A DNA stretch of 64,000 nucleotides, taken from positions 32,001-96,000 of the IMG/VR virus record IMGVR_UViG_3300009506_000019, one strand, 5' to 3'. Each line of letters begins with the position of its first letter. Positions within the stretch are counted from its first letter, which is position 1. Positions 9,355 to 19,419 of this stretch are shown piece after piece. This DNA comes from a virus. Both the position numbers and the translations under genes were made by a program. The notes under the pieces are model-generated. The model saw only the letters and a program-made list of their open reading frames with translations, had not been told where the DNA came from and ran no database searches.

Positions 9355-10013
9355 ACTTCCACCTCGTAATGTTCAAATACAGGTGGTGTTGGAGGCTCTT
9401 GCCCCTTGCTCTTACGATATGCTGAAAAATCGAGGAACTGTTCCTCCACCCACTGTCTTTGTGATTGGATGAACTTCTGCAGCGTCTTGGGGAAAGTAGT
9501 ACGTGTAGCTGCCATTTTAAGCAACACATTACCACATGCCGTAGAATCGTTCATGGCACGGTGTGCACCAACCAACGGAATGCCGTACTTGTCTGCGGCG
9601 TCTGTCAGTCGCTTTCCCTTGTTGTATTTGTGCCACTTTTTGAAAAGAATCATAGGGTCTGCCATGGGTTTCAATGGAAATTCCATGCCCACGCGCTTGA
9701 ATTCTTCTTTCAACACACCACGATCGTAATCGTAGTTATAGGCGCAATGAATGTCATAAATGTTCAACGTATTCCATACCCACCATGCAATCTCAGCAAA
9801 CGTCGGTGAGTCTTCAACATCGACGTCTGTAATTTTGTGTACAGCTGATGCACCTGGGTCGATAGGAACAAGCGGTCTGACAAACGTGCCCCATTCCTGT
9901 ATTGGCTTCGCATTTTTGAATAAACTGAAGCCAATCTCAACCACATGATCACCAAGAATGGCGGTCTCGGTATCGAATACTAGCACGCTGCCTTTTAGGA
10001 AATCAGGAATCAT
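9351..10013 (-). CDS. dnaQ: DEDDh 3'-5' exonuclease (Pol III epsilon-like)
   Basis: ExoI FDTET, ExoII AYNYDYD, ExoIII AHRAMND. Confidence 0.92.
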   Translation of the reverse strand: MIPDFLKGSVLVFDTETAILGDHVVEIGFSLFKNAKPIQEWGTFVRPLVPIDPGASAVHKITDVDVEDSPTFAEIAWWVWNTLNIYDIHCAYNYDYDRGVLKEEFKRVGMEFPLKPMADPMILFKKWHKYNKGKRLTDAADKYGIPLVGAHRAMNDSTACGNVLLKMAATRTTFPKTLQKFIQSQRQWVEEQFLDFSAYRKSKGQEPPTPPVFEHYEVEV

Positions 10014-10279
10014 TTTTCTATTGGTCTTCCCATGATGTCGGTCATAGGCACCAGACCGGGCACCTCATCGGCTGGTTTGTGCTCAGTATACGCACAATTC
10101 GGACACTCAAGAGTGACCGAATTCTCAATGTGTGATCGCACATGAAGCACACGATCTTCGTGATTGCCAGCAGCATTGCATGACGGACAAGGAATATTGG
10201 TCTTCTTTTCGAATTTGACTCGTCGTCCTTTTTCAGACACCAAGTCACCAATTATGTTCTCCGCCATCTGGATCTCCAT
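10010..10279 (-). CDS. Zinc-ribbon protein
   Basis: CPSC...CPNC. Confidence 0.65.
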   Translation of the reverse strand: MEIQMAENIIGDLVSEKGRRVKFEKKTNIPCPSCNAAGNHEDRVLHVRSHIENSVTLECPNCAYTEHKPADEVPGLVPMTDIMGRPIEK

Positions 10280-10538
10280 TCAATATGAAAGTTTTTCTCT
10301 CTGCAACATTGCAAAGAGTATAGACTGCATCTTTGTATCTTTTACTATGTTCTATCTTTTGTAGAACAGAGTGAATGTCTGATGTTACGGACGCCAATCT
10401 CTTGGACATGTCTTTTGGTACGAGCTTTCCTAACTCTTTATCTTTAGTCAGGTCTTGTATGGGAAACCCTATGGAATCCAAAGCTACCACAAGTTTCCTC
10501 ATGCCGCGTATTGCGACAATTAATTCAGCGTCAGTCAT
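10245..10538 (-). CDS. Hypothetical protein
   Basis: 97 aa ORF coupled to dnaE stop. Confidence 0.55.
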   Translation of the reverse strand: MTDAELIVAIRGMRKLVVALDSIGFPIQDLTKDKELGKLVPKDMSKRLASVTSDIHSVLQKIEHSKRYKDAVYTLCNVAERKTFILNGDPDGGEHNW

Positions 10539-13500
10539 CCAATGCTTCCATAGAAATTAAATACTTAATATCATCACCAAAGTTCTTGACTGCATCATCC
10601 AGGATGTGGGGAGGAACTGTAATCCGACCACGAATAGATGCATATTTCCTGGGTCCAAGAACACTGATGTTATTTACGATACCACCTATATGATTAACAA
10701 CCTCACTCGGGTCATGGCCATTCAGGCGAAATACGCCCTGTACTGGCAATCCATTTGCTAGGTTAATGGCATTATCGACACGCAACATCACCTTATCATC
10801 TCTGAACTTGTCTGGTTTCACCACGCACTCAAACATGGCAATCTCACCAGCCACCAAGATCTTTTGCAAATCTTCACACAATGGCCACCAGACATTGGTA
10901 ACAATAAAGCCTTCACTATCACTCAAGCTGATGTTGAGGTACGGCCTGCTAGGAAATCCACGTTCTGGATTTTCCTTGGTCTGCTTCCTATAAATGTAAT
11001 CTATCATCCCAACGACCAGAACTGACTCACCGATTTCACACTCCATATTAGCAATATGAACGGGCATCACAACTCTAGTGTTGCCTCTTTCCAAGTGAGT
11101 GGACAATCTGTGATAAATAGCCGCTGGGTGTCCGGTAATAAATGAGTTCAAAGATTCTCGCTCATTTTGAGAAATCTCGAGTTCTGTGTACTCATGCCCA
11201 TTCACACCCTCGAGCTTCATAGCTATCTCGATAGGTGAAACTTTGGAGCCATCGAACTTCTTATTTTTCTTCTTGGCCCACTTGTTGATCACATCGATAT
11301 TGTCTACCTTGTCTCGATCACAGAGCATCTTATCCCATGTGAATGCTCCTGCTTTAACCAGGTTGACTTTGGCTGTCTTGTTGACGCTGGGCATGCGCTG
11401 ACAGAAGTTGATGAACGAAGTAAATGGGCCACCGCTTCCTCTTTCAACAACAATTTCTGGTGCTGATTTGCCGACATTTCTTACGGCTGCAAGCCCCATA
11501 TAAATGTTGCCATCTGTTCCAACCTCGTAATCGATGTGGGATTGATTGATGTTAGGTGGAAATACCTTACACTTGCCACCACCAATAATCGAACGCAAAA
11601 GAGTAGGAAGCCGCTTATTATTTCCGCGAAATGCGTCAAGCAACGAGGCATAATACTCGGACGGATAGTGCGCCTCCAGGTAAGCAGTCACATACGTAAT
11701 CCAACCATACCCGCACGAGTGACCACGGTTCCACATGTAACGTGCGTAACCATGAAGCTTCTTGGTCAGATCGTCCACCCAAGATTCAAGAGTGCCTGTC
11801 CAATCTGGTGGTGGCTCCAGACCTGGCATCTTCATTGCACCAACTTTGAAGTCTTCAATACAAGCGTCCACTACCTCCGGAATCTTTTTACCAATTCCTT
11901 TACGGAATTTGTCTGCCTCTACGTCACTAAAACCAGCGATGATGCGTGCCATTGCCATCGCTTGTTCCTGGAACAAGACGGTTTGATACGTGTCGTTCAG
12001 AACCCCATCTAACCAAGGATGCCAGCTAGTAGCGGCTTGCCTTCCGTGTCTACGTTCCACGTACTGGTCCGTAACTCCCGACTCCAACGGTCCGGGACGG
12101 AATAGTGCGTTGAGCGCCATGAGGTGCTCGAAATTTCGCGGGTTAAGTTGTTTACAGAGCCTGCGATAGCCTGTTGAATCGAGTTGGAAGACGGACACAT
12201 AATCTGCGCCTGCAACGAGATCAAATGTGGCTGCGTCGTCGGTTGGCAGGTTATAGACATCAAGATCAATTCCATGTCTCGCCTTTATTCTGTTGACTGC
12301 GTACTGAATAATATCGATATTGCGTAACCCCAGCATATCCAGCTTCAGAAGACCAAGAATCTCACAATCGTACATGTCGTACTGAGTACCAGACAATCCG
12401 TCTTCTTCAGGTGGAGGAATCAACGGCACCAGCTCATTTAGAGCTTCATTCGACACCACTACACCAGCAGCATGAAAGCCGAGATTTTTGGCTGTACCAG
12501 TCAGTGCCAGAGCAATGGGAAGCCACTCTGGCTTGAAATCCATCATCTTTTTGATTTCTTCTTGAACGCTCGAGTCCAAGCTGTCCCATTCTGTCACATC
12601 GTCTGGAATGGCTTTACGCAAATCCCTGTTCACTGTGTGTGGGACTTGTAATGCACGGCCTACATTCTCAATAGCTGCCCTAAGAGCCATTGTCTGGTAG
12701 GTAGCAATGTGTGCGACACGATCCTTTCCATGCACGTCTGCGATATGAGCCAAAACCTCTGGTCGTCTTTCTTGGGAGATGTCAGTATCGATATCGGGAA
12801 GGTCTTTACGTCCAGAGTGAATGAATCGCTCAAATGGGACTCTCCATCTAATGGGGTCCATTGTAATAATGTCGAGAGCATAGCACACCAAACTACCAAC
12901 AGAAGAACCACGTCCAAACGGAACCATGATTCCTTGTTTCTTCATCCAACTAACGATTTCACCAATCAACAAGAAGTAACTAGAAAATTTCTTGTCTTTC
13001 ATCACACCGAGTTCATACTGAAGACGCTCTATGTACGCTGGGTCGCTTGCCTTTCCCTTTTCGTACATTCCACGCCATGCGTCCATCTCCAGTTGTCTGT
13101 GTGTCTCATCGAAATCGGTGTATTCTTTTCCTCCACTCTTATAGGTTGGAACGATGAATTCTTTGTTGACTAGTCCGTAGTCTTCTACCCTTCGAGCTAC
13201 GGCCATCGTATTTTGAACCCAAGGCTGAGCGTGTTCGAAGAAGGAACTAAAAAATACCGGTGGTTTGAACCAATTGTCTATTCCCTCTGGAACATGAATG
13301 TCCAAAGCATGCTTTCCAATTTTGCGACCTACACTATAAGCAAATGCTTCATCTTCATTGGTATACAGTACATTACCTGTCACCAAAACTGGTGTCTGTG
13401 TCTGCTGTGATACCTGATTGACGATACTGATGACTTCTGATCGTGTCGTGTTGATCTCTATATAAGTCTCCATCCTTGGCTTCACAACATTCAGCATGTA

Positions 13501-14238
13501 GCCAGCCATGTTGAAATCACCACCAAAATCAACCATGGCAATCAGGTCTTGCGACACAGGAATATCGGCATCGGTGATAAACACACCGTCTTTGGTCTTG
13601 CGTTCACACCATGCAACGGTCGTCATTTTAACCAGTTGCTTGTAACCATTTCGATTCATAGCTATGAACGTAATGGGATAGGTAATCACGTCCACTTTTA
13701 CATCGAATTCCACTCCAAGGATGGGTTTGATTCCCTCTTTTTGACAATCTTTCACAAAAGTTGGGGAACCACACATATTGCCAAACTCTGTCTTGGCCAG
13801 AGCTGGCATTCCATATTCCTTTGCTTTTTTGATGAGATCGGATGGCTTACAGGTAGCCTTAAGCAGGCTAAGATGAGTATGCACGCGTAGATGCACAAAC
13901 GAGTTCAGATAGGGATCGGAATATGCCTCAAGTGCTTCTCTTTGGGATTCTGGACTGTGACAATGAGATAATGTTTCACCGAACGCGTCTGCGGTGATGG
14001 TGTCGTTTGATGGAATGCGTTCCCTTTCTTCGAGCACATAATTGTTACTCGGCGCATCGAGCAAACGCTCATCATGTTCATCTGCGGACCCCATATCTTC
14101 ACCCATTAATATAACACCGCAATTTTGACACATTCGTGCGTTGAAATCGCTCGACCAATGAATGGCTGGTTTTGGGCAACCACAGCTAGTCATCCATAAC
14201 CTCAGCTCATCCAGGTTATACTTCTGCCTCTGCGCCAA
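10531..14238 (-). CDS. dnaE: DNA polymerase III alpha subunit (family C)
   Basis: PHP (VHLRVHT, GIKPILGVE), GRGSSVGSLV, catalytic LPDIDTD, HAAGVV, GLLKLDMLGL, LFRPGP, OB fold; no intein seen. Confidence 0.97.
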   Translation of the reverse strand: MAQRQKYNLDELRLWMTSCGCPKPAIHWSSDFNARMCQNCGVILMGEDMGSADEHDERLLDAPSNNYVLEERERIPSNDTITADAFGETLSHCHSPESQREALEAYSDPYLNSFVHLRVHTHLSLLKATCKPSDLIKKAKEYGMPALAKTEFGNMCGSPTFVKDCQKEGIKPILGVEFDVKVDVITYPITFIAMNRNGYKQLVKMTTVAWCERKTKDGVFITDADIPVSQDLIAMVDFGGDFNMAGYMLNVVKPRMETYIEINTTRSEVISIVNQVSQQTQTPVLVTGNVLYTNEDEAFAYSVGRKIGKHALDIHVPEGIDNWFKPPVFFSSFFEHAQPWVQNTMAVARRVEDYGLVNKEFIVPTYKSGGKEYTDFDETHRQLEMDAWRGMYEKGKASDPAYIERLQYELGVMKDKKFSSYFLLIGEIVSWMKKQGIMVPFGRGSSVGSLVCYALDIITMDPIRWRVPFERFIHSGRKDLPDIDTDISQERRPEVLAHIADVHGKDRVAHIATYQTMALRAAIENVGRALQVPHTVNRDLRKAIPDDVTEWDSLDSSVQEEIKKMMDFKPEWLPIALALTGTAKNLGFHAAGVVVSNEALNELVPLIPPPEEDGLSGTQYDMYDCEILGLLKLDMLGLRNIDIIQYAVNRIKARHGIDLDVYNLPTDDAATFDLVAGADYVSVFQLDSTGYRRLCKQLNPRNFEHLMALNALFRPGPLESGVTDQYVERRHGRQAATSWHPWLDGVLNDTYQTVLFQEQAMAMARIIAGFSDVEADKFRKGIGKKIPEVVDACIEDFKVGAMKMPGLEPPPDWTGTLESWVDDLTKKLHGYARYMWNRGHSCGYGWITYVTAYLEAHYPSEYYASLLDAFRGNNKRLPTLLRSIIGGGKCKVFPPNINQSHIDYEVGTDGNIYMGLAAVRNVGKSAPEIVVERGSGGPFTSFINFCQRMPSVNKTAKVNLVKAGAFTWDKMLCDRDKVDNIDVINKWAKKKNKKFDGSKVSPIEIAMKLEGVNGHEYTELEISQNERESLNSFITGHPAAIYHRLSTHLERGNTRVVMPVHIANMECEIGESVLVVGMIDYIYRKQTKENPERGFPSRPYLNISLSDSEGFIVTNVWWPLCEDLQKILVAGEIAMFECVVKPDKFRDDKVMLRVDNAINLANGLPVQGVFRLNGHDPSEVVNHIGGIVNNISVLGPRKYASIRGRITVPPHILDDAVKNFGDDIKYLISMEALDD

Positions 14239-14953
14239 TGTTAGTAAATGCCTTCCTGAAGCAACCGTTGGGCTTCACACACAACACCTTGTCATTCTTT
14301 GGATCCACCCCAAATTCATCCGTCAGAGCACCACAAGAATCACACCTGACAGTGCCCACATCTGGACGAGCTATCACCTGCTCTCCCAGCTCTGACGCCA
14401 ATAACTCACAATCAGATGCCGCATCCGGTGGCATAAAATTGCGAAAATCTTCATTCACCCCAACAGCTCTTTGAATGATCACACTGAAGTATTCCAGGGT
14501 AGGTCCCTTACCAGTAACACCTGGAACTATACTCGGATAGATAGTGGCAATTCCACCACCATCGATAGCGTAGCGCTTCTTATATCTACGCTTACTATCA
14601 ATGTCGAAGTCCAGCTGTTTCATCATTTTGGTAAATTTGAGTCCAAACGTGGCTTCCTTGTCCTGCCCATTCCCTTTCGGATCTGGAGATTTATCCAAAC
14701 GACGAACAGCACTTTGGGTAGTATCAGCAATCTTCTCGCGTGCAGATTTCTTCTTCCCCGCAGGAGGCTTGCACTTGCTATTGCTTGGAAACTGATTTGC
14801 GGACGCACAAGTCTGCTTGTTCTTTGCAAACTTGCCAACAACCAAAGATGCACCACACGCATCGCACTCCACGATCTTCTGTTTGGCAGGGTCCAGCTTT
14901 ATGTTTCTAACGTTGCTGCCTTTCATGTTAACCTCACCGCAGGCCAATGCCAC
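14216..14953 (-). CDS. Hypothetical protein with N- and C-terminal zinc fingers
   Basis: CDACG...C..C and CDSCG...C...C; Lys-rich linker. Confidence 0.65.
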   Translation of the reverse strand: MALACGEVNMKGSNVRNIKLDPAKQKIVECDACGASLVVGKFAKNKQTCASANQFPSNSKCKPPAGKKKSAREKIADTTQSAVRRLDKSPDPKGNGQDKEATFGLKFTKMMKQLDFDIDSKRRYKKRYAIDGGGIATIYPSIVPGVTGKGPTLEYFSVIIQRAVGVNEDFRNFMPPDAASDCELLASELGEQVIARPDVGTVRCDSCGALTDEFGVDPKNDKVLCVKPNGCFRKAFTNIGAEAEV

Positions 14954-15740
14954 GTTGCTGGGCAGCTACCAGCAGCTTCTTCCTTGCAACAGCATATAGC
15001 CTAGTTATTCGAGGGCGAGACACACCCATGACTTTGGATAGATAGGTGTGCGTTCCATCGATAAGTCTTGTTTTGTTCGATTCGTTCGCATGTGCCAGGC
15101 AGAATGCTATGACTCGATGTTCGTTCGCATTCAGTGTAATTCCATCATCGATTATTTTGATAAGAGATTCAATAATATCTCTGTCACTATACTCCTCTTC
15201 GAACGTGTTTCCTGTTTCAAACACAGCAATTGCATGTCGATCGTTATCGGAAAAGTCTGAATCTGAGTCTGATTTTGGATTGCTGCCTGAGAGTGAATGT
15301 TTGGTATAGAATCGGCGCTGTTTTTGAAACGACCACAGCACCCATTTTCTTGCCCATCCGGTCTTGGGATTTGTTCCAAACAAATACTCGGTAAGATAAG
15401 CAGACTCCCCGATTCTATATCCATGTTCTTCATCAATGAGACACTCGATGACCCTGGATTCAAGATCCATGATCAAATTGTTCATGTCAACGTAGCCATT
15501 GCCTACCCTGGCCACAGCATTGTTCGCTAATCTCACCAAACTTGGACGTACCATCTGCAACAATAATCGAGATGATTCCTCTCGATTAATGTCCAGACGA
15601 ATCCTACAGGCGAGGATATTGATGACTACGTTGCGAGGAGTGGTTCTTTCAGAATAGCACTTACTGACATATCTGCAAGTGCCACATTTTTGCTCTTGCC
15701 GGGCACTCCGTGGCGTGGATGGAGTTAGCCCGTACATCAC
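14934..15740 (-). CDS. Sigma-70-like factor / region-4 HTH transcription regulator
   Basis: LNANEHRVIAF...THTYLSKVMGVSRPRITRLYAVARKKL resembles sigma region 4; helical region-2-like N half. Confidence 0.65.
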   Translation of the reverse strand: MMYGLTPSTPRSARQEQKCGTCRYVSKCYSERTTPRNVVINILACRIRLDINREESSRLLLQMVRPSLVRLANNAVARVGNGYVDMNNLIMDLESRVIECLIDEEHGYRIGESAYLTEYLFGTNPKTGWARKWVLWSFQKQRRFYTKHSLSGSNPKSDSDSDFSDNDRHAIAVFETGNTFEEEYSDRDIIESLIKIIDDGITLNANEHRVIAFCLAHANESNKTRLIDGTHTYLSKVMGVSRPRITRLYAVARKKLLVAAQQRGIGLR

Positions 15741-15946
15741 AACTCAATGCCATCCTTCAGCGTCAACGTTGCGTCGGTAGCATTGAGCTTTACGTCCCAA
15801 TCATAGAAATTGGGTGGTTCCTGTGCTGACCAAAGAAAATTCTCTTTCCCAGCGTCTACATCAACTTGAACTTCAAAATCCAAGTCTTTGTAGGTTTCAG
15901 ATGCGGCCACTTGATCTACTACTGCCTGAAGACTTGTAAGCATCAT
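15737..15946 (-). CDS. Hypothetical protein
   Basis: 69 aa acidic ORF with coupled overlaps. Confidence 0.55.
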   Translation of the reverse strand: MMLTSLQAVVDQVAASETYKDLDFEVQVDVDAGKENFLWSAQEPPNFYDWDVKLNATDATLTLKDGIEL

Positions 15947-16134
15947 ATTGACACCCCCTCAAGCAACCACATCTTTCCTGTGTTGACATCAATCCTGACA
16001 TCAGCTTCACTTGCTGATTTGGTCACCCCATCAGTAAAGATGTACACAACGCCGCTGTTTGCCATGACGTATGCCGCACCAGAATACGCGGCGAGCACAG
16101 CATCAATCTTGGATTTAAGTTGGGTGGCTGTCAC
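15943..16134 (-). CDS. Hypothetical protein
   Basis: 63 aa ORF with coupled overlaps. Confidence 0.5.
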   Translation of the reverse strand: MTATQLKSKIDAVLAAYSGAAYVMANSGVVYIFTDGVTKSASEADVRIDVNTGKMWLLEGVSI

Positions 16135-16327
16135 GTTCTTTCTCCTGAACTACGCGCTGCGCTTCTTTGACGACTTTGAGCCAATTGCTGGTTTCCCCAG
16201 CTTTATATGTTCTCCAAATTTCGTCGCGCAACGGCTTGGGTACTTTGAACCAATGAGGTTTACACATGAGCATATTGCGTGGAATACGCTCACTACATCC
16301 TACGGCATGACACGTCGTAAACCCCAT
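16115..16327 (-). CDS. Small zinc-finger phage protein
   Basis: CHAVGC...LMCKPHWFKVP. Confidence 0.65.
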   Translation of the reverse strand: MGFTTCHAVGCSERIPRNMLMCKPHWFKVPKPLRDEIWRTYKAGETSNWLKVVKEAQRVVQEKERDSHPT

Positions 16328-16330
16328 GAC

Positions 16331-17746
16331 TTATCCTACTTTAACACACCTGATGTGCTGAGCAAAGGTCGGATATACCTTTTTAAGCCAATCATACATA
16401 CCACAGGCAATATTCCTGTAGCTGATGTGACCTTGGGGTTTCGACCTCAACTCAATCACATAGAAATCTTGTTCGAGATTCGAATACCAGACAGTGCGAT
16501 GCCGATATGCCAACGGAGTCATGTAGAGGAAAGCGTCCTTCTCTGGAGCAATTTCTCTCATGGTGTAGATAGCTTTGGCCGCATTCTCCATGACTTCCTC
16601 AAACTGGTCACGGAATCCAGCCTCCACAATGTCGTCTGGAATTGAAAATCCCAACTCCGTGGTCGGAAGTTGAGGAAATTGCTTGCAACGGCGATGACGT
16701 TGAAGATCGCGATAAGCACCGTAATCAACCACGATATCCCAAATCGTTGGGACCGCAGCCAACTCTTCCGGCACAGGATCGTGTTCACCACGTTTCTCGA
16801 GCATCTCATTGATAAGATGCGTGGCCTGTTCCATGCCAATGGCGTACTCATAGAAAGAACCAAAACCATGCTGACACACGATTGATCGAGCAACCGTCTG
16901 TATGGCATCAGGTTCATTCATGGTGTACGCAAGCTCAACACCATTTTCTTTCACTGGTGCATCTGCGACGTTGTGATCGTACCAATCACTCAAGTGCTTT
17001 CGGCCCAACGCTCTTGCAGCACCGATGTAGTAGGATGAGTCAGCATGTCTGACCAATGTTGGTAGCTGCTCCATTCCCTTTTCTTTCAATGTCCTACCCA
17101 GCTCCCGAAATTCATGAACTTCACTAGACAACAACTTGGTAATGAGAATGGACAAGTCTCGACCATTCATTCTCATAGCCAAATTGGTCTGTGTTCCAAT
17201 GGGGAGCAAATATCGAAGAGCATCAAAGGCGCGACGTTGAGCCACAAACTTATCACTACCCGTCACCTTCTGAGCAAATTCCTGCATCGGCTCCTTCAAT
17301 CGCTCATAGGTAGCAAACAACTCCTCCATTGATGCGATGTAGTGATCTCGGGCTTTGCCTTCAAGATAGGGTGGAATGTAGTACGCTGTATACCGACCAT
17401 CCTCATCCTTGAACAAAAAATTCTGAGCCCTGGTCGATTTCTCCTGATACGCACCACGCGGCATGGACTCAAGAATTTTGCTGGCGAGAATGCTGACACC
17501 TTCAAAACAAATGTTGGGCACAGCCATCTCAGCCACAGATGCATGTCCATAGTTGATAACATACTTCTCGTGGAATTGGGCTGCACCTTCAACAGTCACC
17601 TTCTTGGCAATCTCGTTGAAAGGCTCCGGCGAACGAGCACACTTGGCAAAGATGGTTGCAATCTCTTCTTCCGAGAAGTTGCGGTCGAGAGAATAGATGT
17701 TAACCGGATGCATTTTTCTTGTCCTTTCCACCGTAGATGTAGACAT
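16331..17746 (-). CDS. thyX: FAD-dependent thymidylate synthase, double-domain ThyX
   Basis: YGHASVAE, YQEKSTR, RYLLP, YRDLQRHR, IELRS.PQGHISYR. Confidence 0.9.
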   Translation of the reverse strand: MSTSTVERTRKMHPVNIYSLDRNFSEEEIATIFAKCARSPEPFNEIAKKVTVEGAAQFHEKYVINYGHASVAEMAVPNICFEGVSILASKILESMPRGAYQEKSTRAQNFLFKDEDGRYTAYYIPPYLEGKARDHYIASMEELFATYERLKEPMQEFAQKVTGSDKFVAQRRAFDALRYLLPIGTQTNLAMRMNGRDLSILITKLLSSEVHEFRELGRTLKEKGMEQLPTLVRHADSSYYIGAARALGRKHLSDWYDHNVADAPVKENGVELAYTMNEPDAIQTVARSIVCQHGFGSFYEYAIGMEQATHLINEMLEKRGEHDPVPEELAAVPTIWDIVVDYGAYRDLQRHRRCKQFPQLPTTELGFSIPDDIVEAGFRDQFEEVMENAAKAIYTMREIAPEKDAFLYMTPLAYRHRTVWYSNLEQDFYVIELRSKPQGHISYRNIACGMYDWLKKVYPTFAQHIRCVKVG

Positions 17747-17889
17747 AGCCTACTTCTATGTGAACTTCGTGTCCAGTCCTATCGTGATGCTGAACAGCAA
17801 CGCCATGAGCGTTCTTGCTGTCCCAGGTCTTATCACAATCAAAGCAATGAGCTATGAGATGAACCCGACCACCACCACGATAATTTCTT

Positions 17890-18345
17890 TTACTCATCTG
17901 TCGAGCCAAATCCGCTTGTCCCGCGCACTGTGTTGGGAAGATTCCCCACCACCTCAATAGGTGGAACAACACGCGAATGAATGACCAACTGTGCTAGTCG
18001 GTCTCCATTGTGAATCGGATGTGGTTCGAGAGTCGGATTCCAGATGAAAATTGACAGCTCACCTGTATATCCTTCATCTATCGTGCCACCCATGACAAAC
18101 AACTTACGCTTGGCAAAGGTGCTGGATCGCGGCCTGATGTCGCCCCAATAGCCTTCTGGCAACTTGATGTAGACACCAGTACGAATATTGACCATTTTCT
18201 GTGGATTGACAACGAAAGTACCACCATCATTCTCAACCCATGTTTTCAAATCATATCCAACATCACCGGGCTTGGCTGGGCCTGATATTGGGTCTTCATT
18301 TGGGCATTCTGGGTGCACACGCACCATTAGCTTAATATCAGGCAC
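17890..18345 (-). CDS. dut: Trimeric dUTPase
   Basis: VGYDL, RPRSS, GTIDEGYTGE, RLAQL, RGTSGFGST. Confidence 0.95.
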   Translation of the reverse strand: MPDIKLMVRVHPECPNEDPISGPAKPGDVGYDLKTWVENDGGTFVVNPQKMVNIRTGVYIKLPEGYWGDIRPRSSTFAKRKLFVMGGTIDEGYTGELSIFIWNPTLEPHPIHNGDRLAQLVIHSRVVPPIEVVGNLPNTVRGTSGFGSTDE

Positions 18346-18853
18346 GAGCAGCTCCTAACAATCCTTGAGATTCTTGAGCTTTGGTAAGTTCCTTCTTCAG
18401 AACTTCCAACTCACTAGCTTGACAGCGCATCTTAGCACGTTGTTCTTCAATCTCATGTGCTGCCTTCATGAGCTTCCCATAAAGCTCGTTCACATCCTTG
18501 ACAAAGATAGCCTGTCTGCCGATATATTGCATGTAGACAGACTCAGCCATGTCCGTGATGATGATCATGGGCTTGTGGTTACGTACCTGATAGAACTCAA
18601 TTGGTGTACCAACTGAAGTTTGTCCCTTCTTCAGCGACCCAACCAAGATATCAGACCGTTCCAATGCCACCATGTTGATGTCGTGAATGTACGCTGCGAT
18701 GTCAGCGTCCACATTGCGAAACTTGAATGGAGCACATGGATCAAAGAATGCCAACTCTTTGTTGACATCACATAGAGCAAGTAGCTCTTCCTTCCAAGAT
18801 GCACCCTTGTCCTTTTCATAATCGATAGGACCGGCCATGTAACAAATGATCAT
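18338..18853 (-). CDS. Nucleoside 2-deoxyribosyltransferase / dNMP N-glycosidase (NDT-RCL family)
   Basis: YMAGPI, FFDP, ALERSDILV, SVGTPIE, KPMIII. Confidence 0.82.
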   Translation of the reverse strand: MIICYMAGPIDYEKDKGASWKEELLALCDVNKELAFFDPCAPFKFRNVDADIAAYIHDINMVALERSDILVGSLKKGQTSVGTPIEFYQVRNHKPMIIITDMAESVYMQYIGRQAIFVKDVNELYGKLMKAAHEIEEQRAKMRCQASELEVLKKELTKAQESQGLLGAARA

Positions 18854-19419
18854 TTTCTCAATCCCACTATTTTGGCCAGTGAAGCAGCAGCTTGCACCAG
18901 GTCTGAATTAATGACCGTATAATACGGTATGTTGTATTGGAATATCACCTTCTCCATCTGATCGATCATCTTGTCCTGTTTCTCGATCTTCAGCGACAAT
19001 TTGTCTAGTTCATCTTGGTCATCGCGCATTCGATGCTCTGCACGCAGACGTAGATGTTCCCCGATTACCTTAATGAAACAACCGTCGTCTTCGGTACCAG
19101 CCAACTGGTTGTCCAACATCCATTTGACTTGGCCGTCAAAACGAGGACAGCTATCAAGAAAGATTAACTCTGACCCTTGCCCGCGCCTCTTATTGATCAT
19201 CTTGAGTATCTCTTCTCTCATCCGATCTTCGAATGGAAAGAGATTACCCTGAGCCATATGCTCCAACTCCACCTCTGTAGATAGACGCCTTGCAATGTCA
19301 CCGGTCTTGACATGTGCAATGATTTCCTTGCTGGATTGCACCAATGTCTCTATGAGAGTGCTCTTACCAGAACATGGAACACCAAAGACACCAATGATTC
19401 TTCCAGATCGTCGCTTCAT
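18850..19419 (-). CDS. Adenylate-kinase-like NMP kinase
   Basis: P-loop GVPCSGKST, HVKTGDIAR, LDSCPR...Q, RDD. Confidence 0.8.
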   Translation of the reverse strand: MKRRSGRIIGVFGVPCSGKSTLIETLVQSSKEIIAHVKTGDIARRLSTEVELEHMAQGNLFPFEDRMREEILKMINKRRGQGSELIFLDSCPRFDGQVKWMLDNQLAGTEDDGCFIKVIGEHLRLRAEHRMRDDQDELDKLSLKIEKQDKMIDQMEKVIFQYNIPYYTVINSDLVQAAASLAKIVGLRK

